From Longimicrobiales bacterium (GTDB taxonomy: Bacteria; Gemmatimonadota; Gemmatimonadetes; Longimicrobiales; Gaopeijiaceae): DNA of 64,000 bases. This document shows, piece by piece, positions 19,654 through 28,716 of this stretch. Positions within the stretch are counted from its first letter, which is position 1; each line of letters begins with the position of its first letter. The notes beneath the pieces are model-generated. The model ran no database searches. It was given only the letters and a program-made list of their open reading frames with translations, and had not been told where the DNA came from. Location: contig CBDCNQ010000005.1 in assembly GCA_965219445.1 (NCBI GenBank), forward strand, positions 704,001 to 768,000, given 5' to 3'. A program made the position numbers and the translations under genes.

Positions 19654-20101
19654 AAGCCCTTGCGGTCAAGAGCACGGAGATAAACAGGAGCAAGGCTCCG
19701 GGCGGCACAAGAATTACGCCGACGCCGGGATCACCTCCGTAAATGAACACTCCTCCGAGAAAGAAGCCGAGGGGGATGAGAGCCAGCGCGCCCAGGAGAC
19801 ACCTCGAGGCGAGAACTCGGCTGGACGTCTTCCAGTCGGGCGTCAGGCGGATCGACATCGCGAAGACCAGGTTGAGAACGGAGAGCAGGGTGCCGTGAGC
19901 GTGCGCGAGGGTCCATACCAGGCGGCGCGTGCTATTGGAGACGTCGAGGTAAAAGCCGACCTTGAACCCGTGCAGGGTCTCCAGGACCAGCCCGAGCGTG
20001 AGGAACAGGAGGAGGGACCACCATCCCACCCGGAGATGCAATCGGGAGGTATCCGCAAGGGCTGGGGAGCCTTGCCCCGAGGCGCCGGATTGGCCACTCA
20101 T
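19634..20101 (-). CDS. Small 4-TM His-containing membrane protein coupled to the multiheme cytochrome
   Basis: HLRVGWW...LETLHG...LAHAHGTLL...P.GFFLGG...GDPG; ATGA overlap with the upstream stop. Confidence 0.8.
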   Translation of the reverse strand: MSGQSGASGQGSPALADTSRLHLRVGWWSLLLFLTLGLVLETLHGFKVGFYLDVSNSTRRLVWTLAHAHGTLLSVLNLVFAMSIRLTPDWKTSSRVLASRCLLGALALIPLGFFLGGVFIYGGDPGVGVILVPPGALLLFISVLLTARAFRESAE

Positions 20102-22035
20102 TCGATGATCGTCAACGGCCTCTGGTCCCGTTCCGCGAGAAGTCGTTCCCACTCGTCAAAGTCGATCGCAGCGTCCTCGTCGATCAGAAGATGGGCCCCA
20201 GCCCTCCCCGCTCCGCCGGCCTGGATCCACCGCCGCAATGCTTCCCTGGCCTTTTCCTCACGCTCCGAACCCGAGGCGATAAAGTCGTACTCGAAGTCTT
20301 GAAACCCCGGGAAGGTCCCGATGGATCGATACGCCACCTGCCGGGTCGCGGAATATGGATCCATGAGAAGTTGCGTTAGATACGGAGCCATCCAGGTCTG
20401 GCCGGACGCCTCTCGAGCCGCATCCCAACCCAGGTGCCAAGCGAGGATCGTCCGCTGGGCCGCGTCCCCCTTCATAACCCAGAGAATTGAGGCGGCGATC
20501 GATCGATCATCCTCGCCCATCTCCACGAGAGGCTGCCCGTACCATTCGTTGAGGGTTTGGTTGGTCCACTCCATCGTCTCATCGAGGTGGCAGAGATTGC
20601 ATGCATTGGGGCGCCCACTCTCCAGCGAGACCTGAGCGCTGGGACTGTCGATGCGGTGACTGCGTATCGCCGAAAAGAGGCCGTATGTCGTATGCGGCAT
20701 GTGACAATTCATGCACTCGCTACCAGAAGACTCCGGAAGGTGGCGAGTGTGCTCCGAGATCTCATCCGCATAGTCCGTATGGCAACCCAGGCACGATCGG
20801 TTCCCGGTCACATCGGGATCCAGTTGCCCGTCCGGCGCCTCATACTCGTGCATCGAATGGCACGATAGACACGTCATGTCGTCGGTGTGACCCGGGGATT
20901 CGAGGTGCCCGTTGTACTCCCGCCCCGTGACCCGAATCGTTCCATCGCGCCAATACCTGCCTTCGAAGGCGGCGGGTTCGGTCTCCAGAAACTCCAGCAA
21001 CAGTGGATCTTCGGGATCCTCCGTGTAGAGGAACACCGACATGTGCTCGGCCAGCTCATCTCCCGGACGAAACGGGACTCCACTCCTCCTGAACCCCTCC
21101 TTGTCTCGCCACTCTCCGAAGCTGTGACATTGAGCGCACGTCTCGACGGAACGCCGTGGCTCGAGCTTCGCCGGGTTGGCGATCGTCGGATCGGGGGGAT
21201 CCTCCCCCTGCAACTTGCGAAAGTACCGCAGGTAACGCCGCACCGGCGACTGATAGAAACGGACGTGTTGCTCGGCCGGACCGTGGCAGGCCTCACATGC
21301 GATACCCAACTCCACGGTCCGCGTGTCGAAACTGTCGAAGCTCTCCGAAGTCCGCGGCTCGGTCGCGACCGAGTGGCACTGAGAGCAGGTCGCATTCCAG
21401 CGAAGGGGCCCCTGAACGGAGGTACTCGGCGGGCTGATAAACGAATCCTGATTCGGAACCCATCTCTCCTCTTGGATCATCCAAATCCAAGGAAGCTGAA
21501 TGAGTGCTCCATCATCAGGGGCCAGGGATCCTTCTCCCCCGTCCGGTCTGCGTATCCAGTAGTTTTGCATGTGATGAGAGCCCGTGGCCATCACCACCCG
21601 CCCCTCGATCCGCGGCGGCGTCTCGGGCCAGTTGGGGTCGATGAGCTCCATGAACCAGAGCGGTTGCTCGAACCAAAGTGGATCGGGCATCTCAACCCAG
21701 ATTTCGTCGTCCCGGACATCGAATCGATACTGGAACCCGCGGTCCTCCAGGATGATGTCATCGAACGTTGCCAGCACCGTGGAAGGCGTCGCCACTTGGG
21801 TCATGGTCCGATGGTAGGAACGGTGCCAAGCGTCGTATTGAGCCGGATGGCATGACTGGCACGTGACCGAGGTCGTGAACCCTTGCCCGGTCGCCTGCCC
21901 GGGAAGGTCCTCTTCAAGTGCGTCATCTACGTCCGGGCTCCGGAGAGCCCCCGCGCCGACCGTGATTACCGCACAAACGATGAAGATGATCCGGTAAGGG
22001 GGATCCGCGGAGCGTGACTTCGGACTGTTGGCCAT
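20098..22035 (-). CDS. Octaheme c-type cytochrome (c552/c554-like)
   Basis: Eight CXXCH motifs (CQSCH, CSQCH, CEACH, CAQCH, CLSCH, CLGCH, CMNCH, CNLCH); N-terminal TM/signal. Confidence 0.92.
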   Translation of the reverse strand: MANSPKSRSADPPYRIIFIVCAVITVGAGALRSPDVDDALEEDLPGQATGQGFTTSVTCQSCHPAQYDAWHRSYHRTMTQVATPSTVLATFDDIILEDRGFQYRFDVRDDEIWVEMPDPLWFEQPLWFMELIDPNWPETPPRIEGRVVMATGSHHMQNYWIRRPDGGEGSLAPDDGALIQLPWIWMIQEERWVPNQDSFISPPSTSVQGPLRWNATCSQCHSVATEPRTSESFDSFDTRTVELGIACEACHGPAEQHVRFYQSPVRRYLRYFRKLQGEDPPDPTIANPAKLEPRRSVETCAQCHSFGEWRDKEGFRRSGVPFRPGDELAEHMSVFLYTEDPEDPLLLEFLETEPAAFEGRYWRDGTIRVTGREYNGHLESPGHTDDMTCLSCHSMHEYEAPDGQLDPDVTGNRSCLGCHTDYADEISEHTRHLPESSGSECMNCHMPHTTYGLFSAIRSHRIDSPSAQVSLESGRPNACNLCHLDETMEWTNQTLNEWYGQPLVEMGEDDRSIAASILWVMKGDAAQRTILAWHLGWDAAREASGQTWMAPYLTQLLMDPYSATRQVAYRSIGTFPGFQDFEYDFIASGSEREEKAREALRRWIQAGGAGRAGAHLLIDEDAAIDFDEWERLLAERDQRPLTIIE

Positions 22036-22038
22036 GGT

Positions 22039-22074
22039 CAAGATCGGAAGAGAACACAAGATCGGAAGAGAAGA
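22039..22074. repeat. 18-bp tandem repeat containing AGATCGGAAGAG twice
   Basis: CAAGATCGGAAGAGAACA / CAAGATCGGAAGAGAAGA. Confidence 0.85.
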
Positions 22075-22357
22075 AAGGTGCCAGCTTCATGCTTCTCTGA
22101 TCGGCGCCCTCGGTTCCCGACGAGCAAGATGAGTTCCGCGAGACCACAGCGTCAAGATCAGATATGGCAGGAGCCGAGGCGCACGCTCGTCGGTCGGGCT
22201 CGTCTCAGTCGGGTACGGATGGATCGAACTCGAGCTCGGGGATCGGCTCCGGATCCGTGGGGCCGAATCCGGAAGCCGGCACCTTGCTGCAACGCTCCCC
22301 GATCCTACATACTGCGTCGTAATAGTGCGTCGTAGGCTCACCGCCCTGAGAGGGGGG

Positions 22358-22452
22358 GTCGAGTGAGTCGAGTGAGTTGTTCAAGTGAGTGGACGCTTGA
22401 GTGGACGCTCATAAGTAGACGCCCATGATAGACCCCCATAACAGTAGACTCC
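22358..22452. repeat. Degenerate short-repeat array (GTCGAGTGA x2, then GTRGAC-centred units)
   Basis: GTGGACGCT-TGA-GTGGACGCT-CATAA-GTAGACGCC-CATGA-TAGACCCC-CATAACA-GTAGACTCC. Confidence 0.6.
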
Positions 22453-22482
22453 CGAAAATCAACGCGACCCCAGGAGATTGAG

Positions 22483-23179
22483 ATGAGCCGTCGAAAAGGA
22501 TCTGACCACGGCATTACCCGCCTGGTGCTGCTGACGCTGGCATTCCTGATGAACGGAACGGCTCTCCTCCACGCCCAGACGCCCGAAAACCTCAACCGCC
22601 CCCCCCGGGACGAGGACTATCTTCGCCACGAAGCCGCAAGCCGAGAGGCGAAGGACGATTCTCTTCGCTGGTACCTGCTGCCATCACGGCGGTGAGGGAC
22701 TCGACGGCGTGCCCACCGGGAACCTGTGGATGATCCAGAACATGGCCCCCACGCTCGAAAGGGCAGCGCTCGTGATCAACATGGAGCACCTGTCACAGAC
22801 GCAGACGTATGCCGCGAGTCGCGGGGGCAGAGGCTACGCGGAGCCGGACGGGTTGGTGTATTCCAACGCGATCGGCGCACGCCGGTGGTTCGTGGGCGGG
22901 TCGGACGACCTCGAGCGCCTCGCGAGGAAAACCTTCCAGGACTTCGGGGTGGCGCTGTACGCTGCGCCCGAGCAGAACCCAGGGGGAGAGTTGGGCGCGT
23001 TCCGGCCCGTGGCCCCGAGCCTCCACATCATCGATCAGATCTTCTACCACACCTCGATGGACACCGCAGAGCTCGTGCCGGCATCGGGCCTCCAGAGTGC
23101 GGTTCAGGCGTTCGCCAAGATCATCAACGAGGTCAATCGGATGGATATGCGCAACCTCAGGGTGAACCTCTCCCCGTGA
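22483..23179 (+). pseudogene. Secreted M28-like peptidase remnant with internal deletion
   Basis: RBS AGGAG and a signal peptide running to ...DEDYLR. From about 22622 another frame reads FATKPQAERRRTILFAGTCCHH...INMEH...GGEL...YHTSMDT, the C-terminal half of an M28-type fold. Confidence 0.7.
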
Positions 23180-23413
23180 TGCTTGGGGTCAATGCCGGCC
23201 CCACCAACGCGCTCTCCGAGACGTGGCCCGAGATCACGGTATAGTCCATGTGGCGGCGGTCGCCGGCGACGTCGAAGACCTCCTCCATCATGACGCGAAA
23301 TTCCTTGTCGCTAACCTACGTAAATTCGTTGTAGGCACCCCTTTCCCATCCAGGCTAGTAAACGTAGCTTGTCGAGGTACAGTGTCCTCATCCATGAAGG
23401 AGGGGAGGTCAGC

Positions 23414-26400
23414 ATGCGGTATCCAAGGTTAGGCCTATTGTTTGTCGGGGCTCTGGTGGCCTCAACCGTAACCGCCGACGCCCAGGTGATTACCGGGCGG
23501 GTCACGGATGCCTCGAGCGGCCAGGCAGTTGCGGCCGCTCAGGTCTTCGTGTCGGCTCTGGACCTCGGAGCTCTCTCCGAGGGAAACGGAACCTACTCGA
23601 TTCAGAATGTGCCGGCGGGCACCCACACTGTGTCTATCCAGCGCCTCGGGTTCGTGCCCGAGGAGCAGTCCGTGACACTCGGACCGGGCCAGACGGTGCA
23701 GCTCAATTTCCAGCTGGAATCTCAGGCTCTGTCTCTCGACGAGATCGTGGTGACGGGAACGGCGGGCGGCTCCCAGCGGCGCGCCATCGGGAACGTGGTT
23801 GCTCAGGTGAGTATGGATGACCTCACCTCGGTGGCTCCGGTCTCCAATGTGGAGCATGCGCTCTCAGGAAGGGTCCCTGGGGTCATGTTGTTGCCCTCGA
23901 CCAGCGCAGGCGGCGGGGCCAGAATTCGCATTCGTGGGAATTCCAGCATCGGGGTGGCCGGAGATCCCATCATCTTCGTCGACGGCGTTCGGCTCAACGA
24001 AAATCGCGCGAATAGAGCGCGTTATTACGCACTTTCAAGGCTCGCCGATTTCGACCCTGCCGACATCGAGAGCATCGAAATCATCAAAGGCCCCGCGGCC
24101 GCCACGCTGTACGGGACCGAGGCCTCGGACGGGGTGATCCAGATCGTCACCAAGCGGGGTCAGGTCGGAGCGCCGGTGTTCGAGTTCAGCACGGAGCTCG
24201 GGCAAAACTGGTTTCCGCAGTGGAAAAGCTATCGCCGCGACGCATGGGCTCCCATTCCCGCCCTGTGTCCCGCCCTGCCCTGCGCGGACGAAAGCCAGCT
24301 GAAAAGGATCAACTATCCCCGAGAGGACATTGCGAGGGGCCTCCCGGCAACGTACCAGAGCGGGCTCATCCAGCGCTATAACTTCTCGGTCCGAGGCGGC
24401 ACTGACCTGATCCGGTATTCGTTCGGTATCAACCGATCCGATCAGGACGGCCACGTCTACTGGAACACGGACGAGCGTAATGCGCTCCGGACGTCGATCG
24501 GGATAACCGCGAACGACAATCTCAACATTCTGTTCAACGGATCCTACTTCCAGGGGGAATATCATCCCCCTGAGGGCTTCTGGGGTGCGGAGTTTGGTTT
24601 CGGCGGGAGACCGACCACCTTCTTCGACGGCACCACCGGGCTTCAAGACTTCGATGATGACTCGAAGAGAGGATGGCGCGACGGGGGACCCGCGAGGTAT
24701 TGCCGGTTGAGTGTGAACACGCCCTGGTGCGATGGCCTCGAGAATACGCGGTATGACCACAGCATTACCAGCAAGAGGAGCACCTGGAGCATCCAGGCGG
24801 ATCTGGAAAACTTCGGGTGGCTCACCCATCGCCTTACCTTCGGGGTCGACCAGGTGTACGAGCGGGAATTGACGTTCACTCCGAGAGACGCGGTGGAGGG
24901 CAAGAGATGGTGGGGCGATGCAGAATTGGGTGAGAGGGAGCTTGAAGTGCTCGATGCGCCGGTGTACACGGTGGACTTTTCGGGAACCGCCACGTTCCGT
25001 TTTATGGACGGCGTCCTGGGGACCGCCACCTCGTACGGAGCGCAGTACTACAACAAGCAGGAGTTCTTCACTGAAACCATTGGCGATAACTTCGCCGTCC
25101 CCGAGCTCGCGACGGTCGGAGCCGCTTCGGTGACCGAGGCAGGCGAGACGTTCCTGGAAAACACGACGTTTGGCGTGTACTTCCAGGAACAGCTCGATTG
25201 GGACAACCGGATCTTCCTCACAGGTGCCGTCCGTCTTGACGACAACAGCGCGTTCGGGACGGACTTCAACCGTGCCGTGTACCCCAAGATCAGCGGCGCA
25301 TGGGTGGTGTCCGAGGAGGACTTCTGGAACATTGACTTCGTAGATCAGCTCCGGCTCAGGGGCGCGTGGGGCGAGGCCGGGAAGCAGCCGGACGCCTTTG
25401 CGTCCACGCGGCTCTACAGCCCGGAGACGGGTCCGGGCGGGCAGCCGATCCTGACGCCCGATCAGTTCGGGAATTCCGCACTCGGTCCTGAGACAGGCTC
25501 GGAGTTCGAAGTGGGTTTCGAGGCTGTATTGGCCGACTCGAGATTCGCCGTCGACTTCACCTACTACAACCGGAAGACCCTAGACGCCATCGTAGGACAG
25601 ACGCTCTCGCCCTCGCTCTGGCCCGGAGCCGCGGGAGATTTCGCCGGTGGGATCCAGCTGGTGAACATCGGGCAGGTGCACAACTGGGGGAGCGAGACCT
25701 CCCTGAATGCGCAGATCATTAGGGAGGGGCCACTGCAGTTGGATATGGATGTCGCCTTCACCACCCAGCAAAACAGAATCGATGACATGGGTGATATCAC
25801 ACGGATCCAGGTGGGCCGGGCTAGGGCCCACTACGAAGGCTTCTCCATCGCCGCGCAGTCCGACAAGCGGGTCATTCACGCCGAGTTCGTCAACGGCGTG
25901 AACGGTCCTGTGACGAACGTCCTGTGCGATCCGGGCTCGGGAAGGCGTGGTCTAGAATTCACTGATGTCGACGGAATGAGCACCGCCGAGCTCATCGCTC
26001 TTGGCCTTCCCTGCGACGACGCGCCGCTGTTGGTCTGGGGTGACAGCAACCCCACCAAGCTGCTGAACTGGAACACGACGCTCACTATATTCGAGAATTT
26101 GCGCCTGTCGGCGAACATCGACGGCCAGTTCGGCCACACGATCAGCCACGACTACCAGGGCGCCCGGTTCACGAGCCACCCAAGCGCCCGGCTCGTGTGG
26201 CTCCAAGACCAGGCCATCCCCCAGGCGTATCGGGATGTCACCCGGAATGGCCTCTCGTACGCTGATGCGGGCTTCCTGAAGCTCCGCGAGGTGGCGTTGG
26301 CCTACAGGCTGTCCGAGAACCTTGCTTCGAGGGTGGGTGCCTCCTCGGCGAACGTCCGGGTCGGGCTTCGCAACTGGAAACGCCTGTGGCTTGAGCAGCG

Positions 26401-26527
26401 GAGGGTCTATCGTGAGCGGCCGGTGGATCCTGAAGTAACCCGCGACACCCACGACTTCGGCGGGGAATCCGGAGGGGGCTGGCCTGTGGGTAGTCAGTGG
26501 ACGGCCCGCGTCACTCTCACGTTCTGA
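23414..26527 (+). CDS. SusC/RagA-type TonB-dependent outer-membrane receptor
   Basis: Carboxypeptidase-regulatory-like domain, LDEIVVTG, plug RIRIRG...DIESIEIIKGPAAATLYG, barrel ending in terminal Phe; RBS GGAGG. Confidence 0.95.
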   Translation: MRYPRLGLLFVGALVASTVTADAQVITGRVTDASSGQAVAAAQVFVSALDLGALSEGNGTYSIQNVPAGTHTVSIQRLGFVPEEQSVTLGPGQTVQLNFQLESQALSLDEIVVTGTAGGSQRRAIGNVVAQVSMDDLTSVAPVSNVEHALSGRVPGVMLLPSTSAGGGARIRIRGNSSIGVAGDPIIFVDGVRLNENRANRARYYALSRLADFDPADIESIEIIKGPAAATLYGTEASDGVIQIVTKRGQVGAPVFEFSTELGQNWFPQWKSYRRDAWAPIPALCPALPCADESQLKRINYPREDIARGLPATYQSGLIQRYNFSVRGGTDLIRYSFGINRSDQDGHVYWNTDERNALRTSIGITANDNLNILFNGSYFQGEYHPPEGFWGAEFGFGGRPTTFFDGTTGLQDFDDDSKRGWRDGGPARYCRLSVNTPWCDGLENTRYDHSITSKRSTWSIQADLENFGWLTHRLTFGVDQVYERELTFTPRDAVEGKRWWGDAELGERELEVLDAPVYTVDFSGTATFRFMDGVLGTATSYGAQYYNKQEFFTETIGDNFAVPELATVGAASVTEAGETFLENTTFGVYFQEQLDWDNRIFLTGAVRLDDNSAFGTDFNRAVYPKISGAWVVSEEDFWNIDFVDQLRLRGAWGEAGKQPDAFASTRLYSPETGPGGQPILTPDQFGNSALGPETGSEFEVGFEAVLADSRFAVDFTYYNRKTLDAIVGQTLSPSLWPGAAGDFAGGIQLVNIGQVHNWGSETSLNAQIIREGPLQLDMDVAFTTQQNRIDDMGDITRIQVGRARAHYEGFSIAAQSDKRVIHAEFVNGVNGPVTNVLCDPGSGRRGLEFTDVDGMSTAELIALGLPCDDAPLLVWGDSNPTKLLNWNTTLTIFENLRLSANIDGQFGHTISHDYQGARFTSHPSARLVWLQDQAIPQAYRDVTRNGLSYADAGFLKLREVALAYRLSENLASRVGASSANVRVGLRNWKRLWLEQRRVYRERPVDPEVTRDTHDFGGESGGGWPVGSQWTARVTLTF

Positions 26528-26552
26528 TCTGACGCTAGGAAAAATGCCTTAG

Positions 26553-26597
26553 CCGTGCAGTGTCTCGGGATTCCCGAGGCACTGCACGGTGTTTCTT
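26553..26597 (+). terminator. Long hairpin with T-rich tail between the susC- and susD-like genes
   Basis: CCGTGCAGTGTCTCGGG-ATT-CCCGAGGCACTGCACGG (17 bp, one G:U) then TGTTTCTT. Confidence 0.7.
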
Positions 26598-26668
26598 ACG
26601 CGCGCTCAGAGCCGGGATCAATCAACGAGACTCAGAAGCTGCGATTCTGCGATTCATAGGAGGTCGAG

Positions 26669-28087
26669 ATGTGGTTCTCTAACAACAATCGAACAGCAGG
26701 CCGGGCGCACAAGCGCCCGACATCGTTTTCGGACCTTGTCCTGGTGGCCCTTCTTGCGGTCACCCTGGGAGCGTGCGACTCCTTGCTGGAGGTGGATCTG
26801 CCCGGATCGGTAACCGCGGATGCCCTCGACAATCCGGTGCTCGCGGAGACGCTGGTCGCCACTGTCATAGGCGACTTCGAGTGTGGATTAGTGGATCATT
26901 GGTGGGTAGGGCAGTGGATGGAGGAATGGCTGAACTCGAGCGGGGGCCGGCCGAATGCCCTCATCGGAAGCCGGGCTACGCTCAGCGAAGTGTACGCCGA
27001 CCCATGCGACTCGGGTACGGGCCCGATCTGGACCATTTATCAGGTGCCCATCCAGGATGCGGTACTTGCGATCGAGCTCATCGAAGGCTTCGACCAGGCG
27101 GACCTTGCCACCAACAAGGACCTCCTCATTGCGACGGCGCGCCTCTACGAGGGTTACTCGATCGAGCTGCTCGCGGAGACGTTCTGCGGGGTGACTTTGC
27201 TCGGTGGGCCGGAATTGTCGCCTTCGGCGGCGGCCGCCCAGGCGCAGGCCCGCTTCGACCAGGTCATCGCAAGCGCCGCGCCGGCGTCTTCTGAGTTGGA
27301 CGATCTCATCAGCGCCGCCTTGATCGGCCGGGCGAGGGCCAAGCTTTTCCAGGGCGACTTGGCGGGCGTGCTCACGGACGCGTCTGACGCACGAATTCCG
27401 GTGGGGTTCGAGTTGGAGGCGACGTACGACCTCAGCCCTGGTCGGCGCAACAACAGGCTCGCCGAGCGGAACAACAACAGCAGCTCCATGATGCCGCACC
27501 GGGACTATCTAGATCTGACCATCAAGGCGGACGGAACGCTGACCATCGACGATGGCGAGCCCGATCCGAGGGTTGTCGTCACGTTGACGGGGGACGGGAT
27601 AGAGAAGGATGGGCCGCGTGGGGTCATCAAGTACCGGGTACAGGAGAAGTACCCTGACGAAGACTCGGAGATTACGTTCTCCTCGTGGCGGGAAGCCATA
27701 ACCATGCTCGCCGAGGTGACGACAGGCGCGACCCGGGTTGGTCACATCAACACATTGCGCTCGATGGACGACGGATTAGGCGAGTTCATCGATGACACCA
27801 AGTGGCCTCTGACGACCTATGTCGGCGGTACTGATGCGGCAGACAGGGCCACGAGCGTCGAGGAGCGACGGAGGGAGCTCTGGATGCAGGGTAACCAGGC
27901 CGGTGACAAGCTCCGCTGGGCTGCGGCGGGCCTTCTGACGCCGACCACGCTCCCGCTGACGACCGACGAAAACGACGGCGGAACCGACTGGGAGACCGTC
28001 AACGAGTACGGGGAACCGCTCTCGGCTAATAGTGGTACGTGCGTAAGGATTCCGCGCCTCGAGGTACTGGCGAACGACAACCTATAG
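26669..28087 (+). CDS. SusD/RagB-like nutrient-binding lipoprotein
   Basis: Lipobox LGACD, ALIGRARA, EERRRELWMQG; directly after the SusC-like gene. Confidence 0.88.
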   Translation: MWFSNNNRTAGRAHKRPTSFSDLVLVALLAVTLGACDSLLEVDLPGSVTADALDNPVLAETLVATVIGDFECGLVDHWWVGQWMEEWLNSSGGRPNALIGSRATLSEVYADPCDSGTGPIWTIYQVPIQDAVLAIELIEGFDQADLATNKDLLIATARLYEGYSIELLAETFCGVTLLGGPELSPSAAAAQAQARFDQVIASAAPASSELDDLISAALIGRARAKLFQGDLAGVLTDASDARIPVGFELEATYDLSPGRRNNRLAERNNNSSSMMPHRDYLDLTIKADGTLTIDDGEPDPRVVVTLTGDGIEKDGPRGVIKYRVQEKYPDEDSEITFSSWREAITMLAEVTTGATRVGHINTLRSMDDGLGEFIDDTKWPLTTYVGGTDAADRATSVEERRRELWMQGNQAGDKLRWAAAGLLTPTTLPLTTDENDGGTDWETVNEYGEPLSANSGTCVRIPRLEVLANDNL

Positions 28088-28134
28088 CAAGTAGGGATGG
28101 GCACGTCGCACCGGTAATCGCGGCGGCCAATGTG

Positions 28135-28188
28135 AGCCCCGTGCCCAAGGACCGATACGGTCCATGGGCACGGGGCTTCGCTTTCTTT
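28135..28188 (+). terminator. Rho-independent terminator
   Basis: AGCCCCGTGCCCA / TGGGCACGGGGCT stem with inner GGACC/GGTCC, followed by TCGCTTTCTTT. Confidence 0.8.
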
Positions 28189-28206
28189 GACCGATATCGA
28201 GGTGCG

Positions 28207-28253
28207 GCTCCACGATTCGTATCCTGCTCCATAGTTCGTATCCTGCTCCGTAG
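28207..28253 (+). repeat. About 2.5 copies of a 19-bp direct repeat upstream of an RBS
   Basis: GCTCCACGATTCGTATCCT / GCTCCATAGTTCGTATCCT / GCTCCGTAG. Confidence 0.8.
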
Positions 28254-28260
28254 CGGGAGG

Positions 28261-28668
28261 ATGAGAAGCATGACCAGCATGCGAAAGTGCCTGAGGTTGG
28301 GGCAGGTGTGCCTCATGCTCGGCTTGGCCTCGGTCCCAGTCGGTTGTGCCGGTGCCAGTGCCGGAAGGGGAGACTCCTCCGCGAGTTCGTCTCGGAACGT
28401 GCTCACTGGAGAGCAGATACGGGACACCAATGCGGTAGCCCTCTACGACGCATTGCTGGAACTCCGGCCGATTTGGCTTCGCCGCCGGGGTCTCGCAGAG
28501 CCGGTGGTCTACATATATGGACTCCGGCACGGAGGAGTGGGAACGCTGTACGGGATAGCCGTGAACCAGGTCGTCCGAGTCGAGTTCATCAGCGCCCTCG
28601 ATGCCACAACCCGTTATGGGACGGGGCATATGGGCGGAGTACTCCTGGTCGACATAACGAACTTCTGA
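28261..28668 (+). CDS. Small lipoprotein resembling an isolated TonB-receptor plug domain
   Basis: Signal ending PVGC; LTGEQI...LYDALLELRP.WL...PVVYIYG...VEFISA.DATTRYG.GH.GGVLLV. Start may be 28270. Confidence 0.75.
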   Translation: MRSMTSMRKCLRLGQVCLMLGLASVPVGCAGASAGRGDSSASSSRNVLTGEQIRDTNAVALYDALLELRPIWLRRRGLAEPVVYIYGLRHGGVGTLYGIAVNQVVRVEFISALDATTRYGTGHMGGVLLVDITNF

Positions 28669-28716
28669 GTGCGGTTGCAAGGAGTAAGCGGCGTGAGCCG
28701 CCCTCTCAGCTACGAC

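Noticed and set aside
22358..22452. CRISPR array
   Set aside because: Units are too short, there are no spacers, and no cas genes are present.
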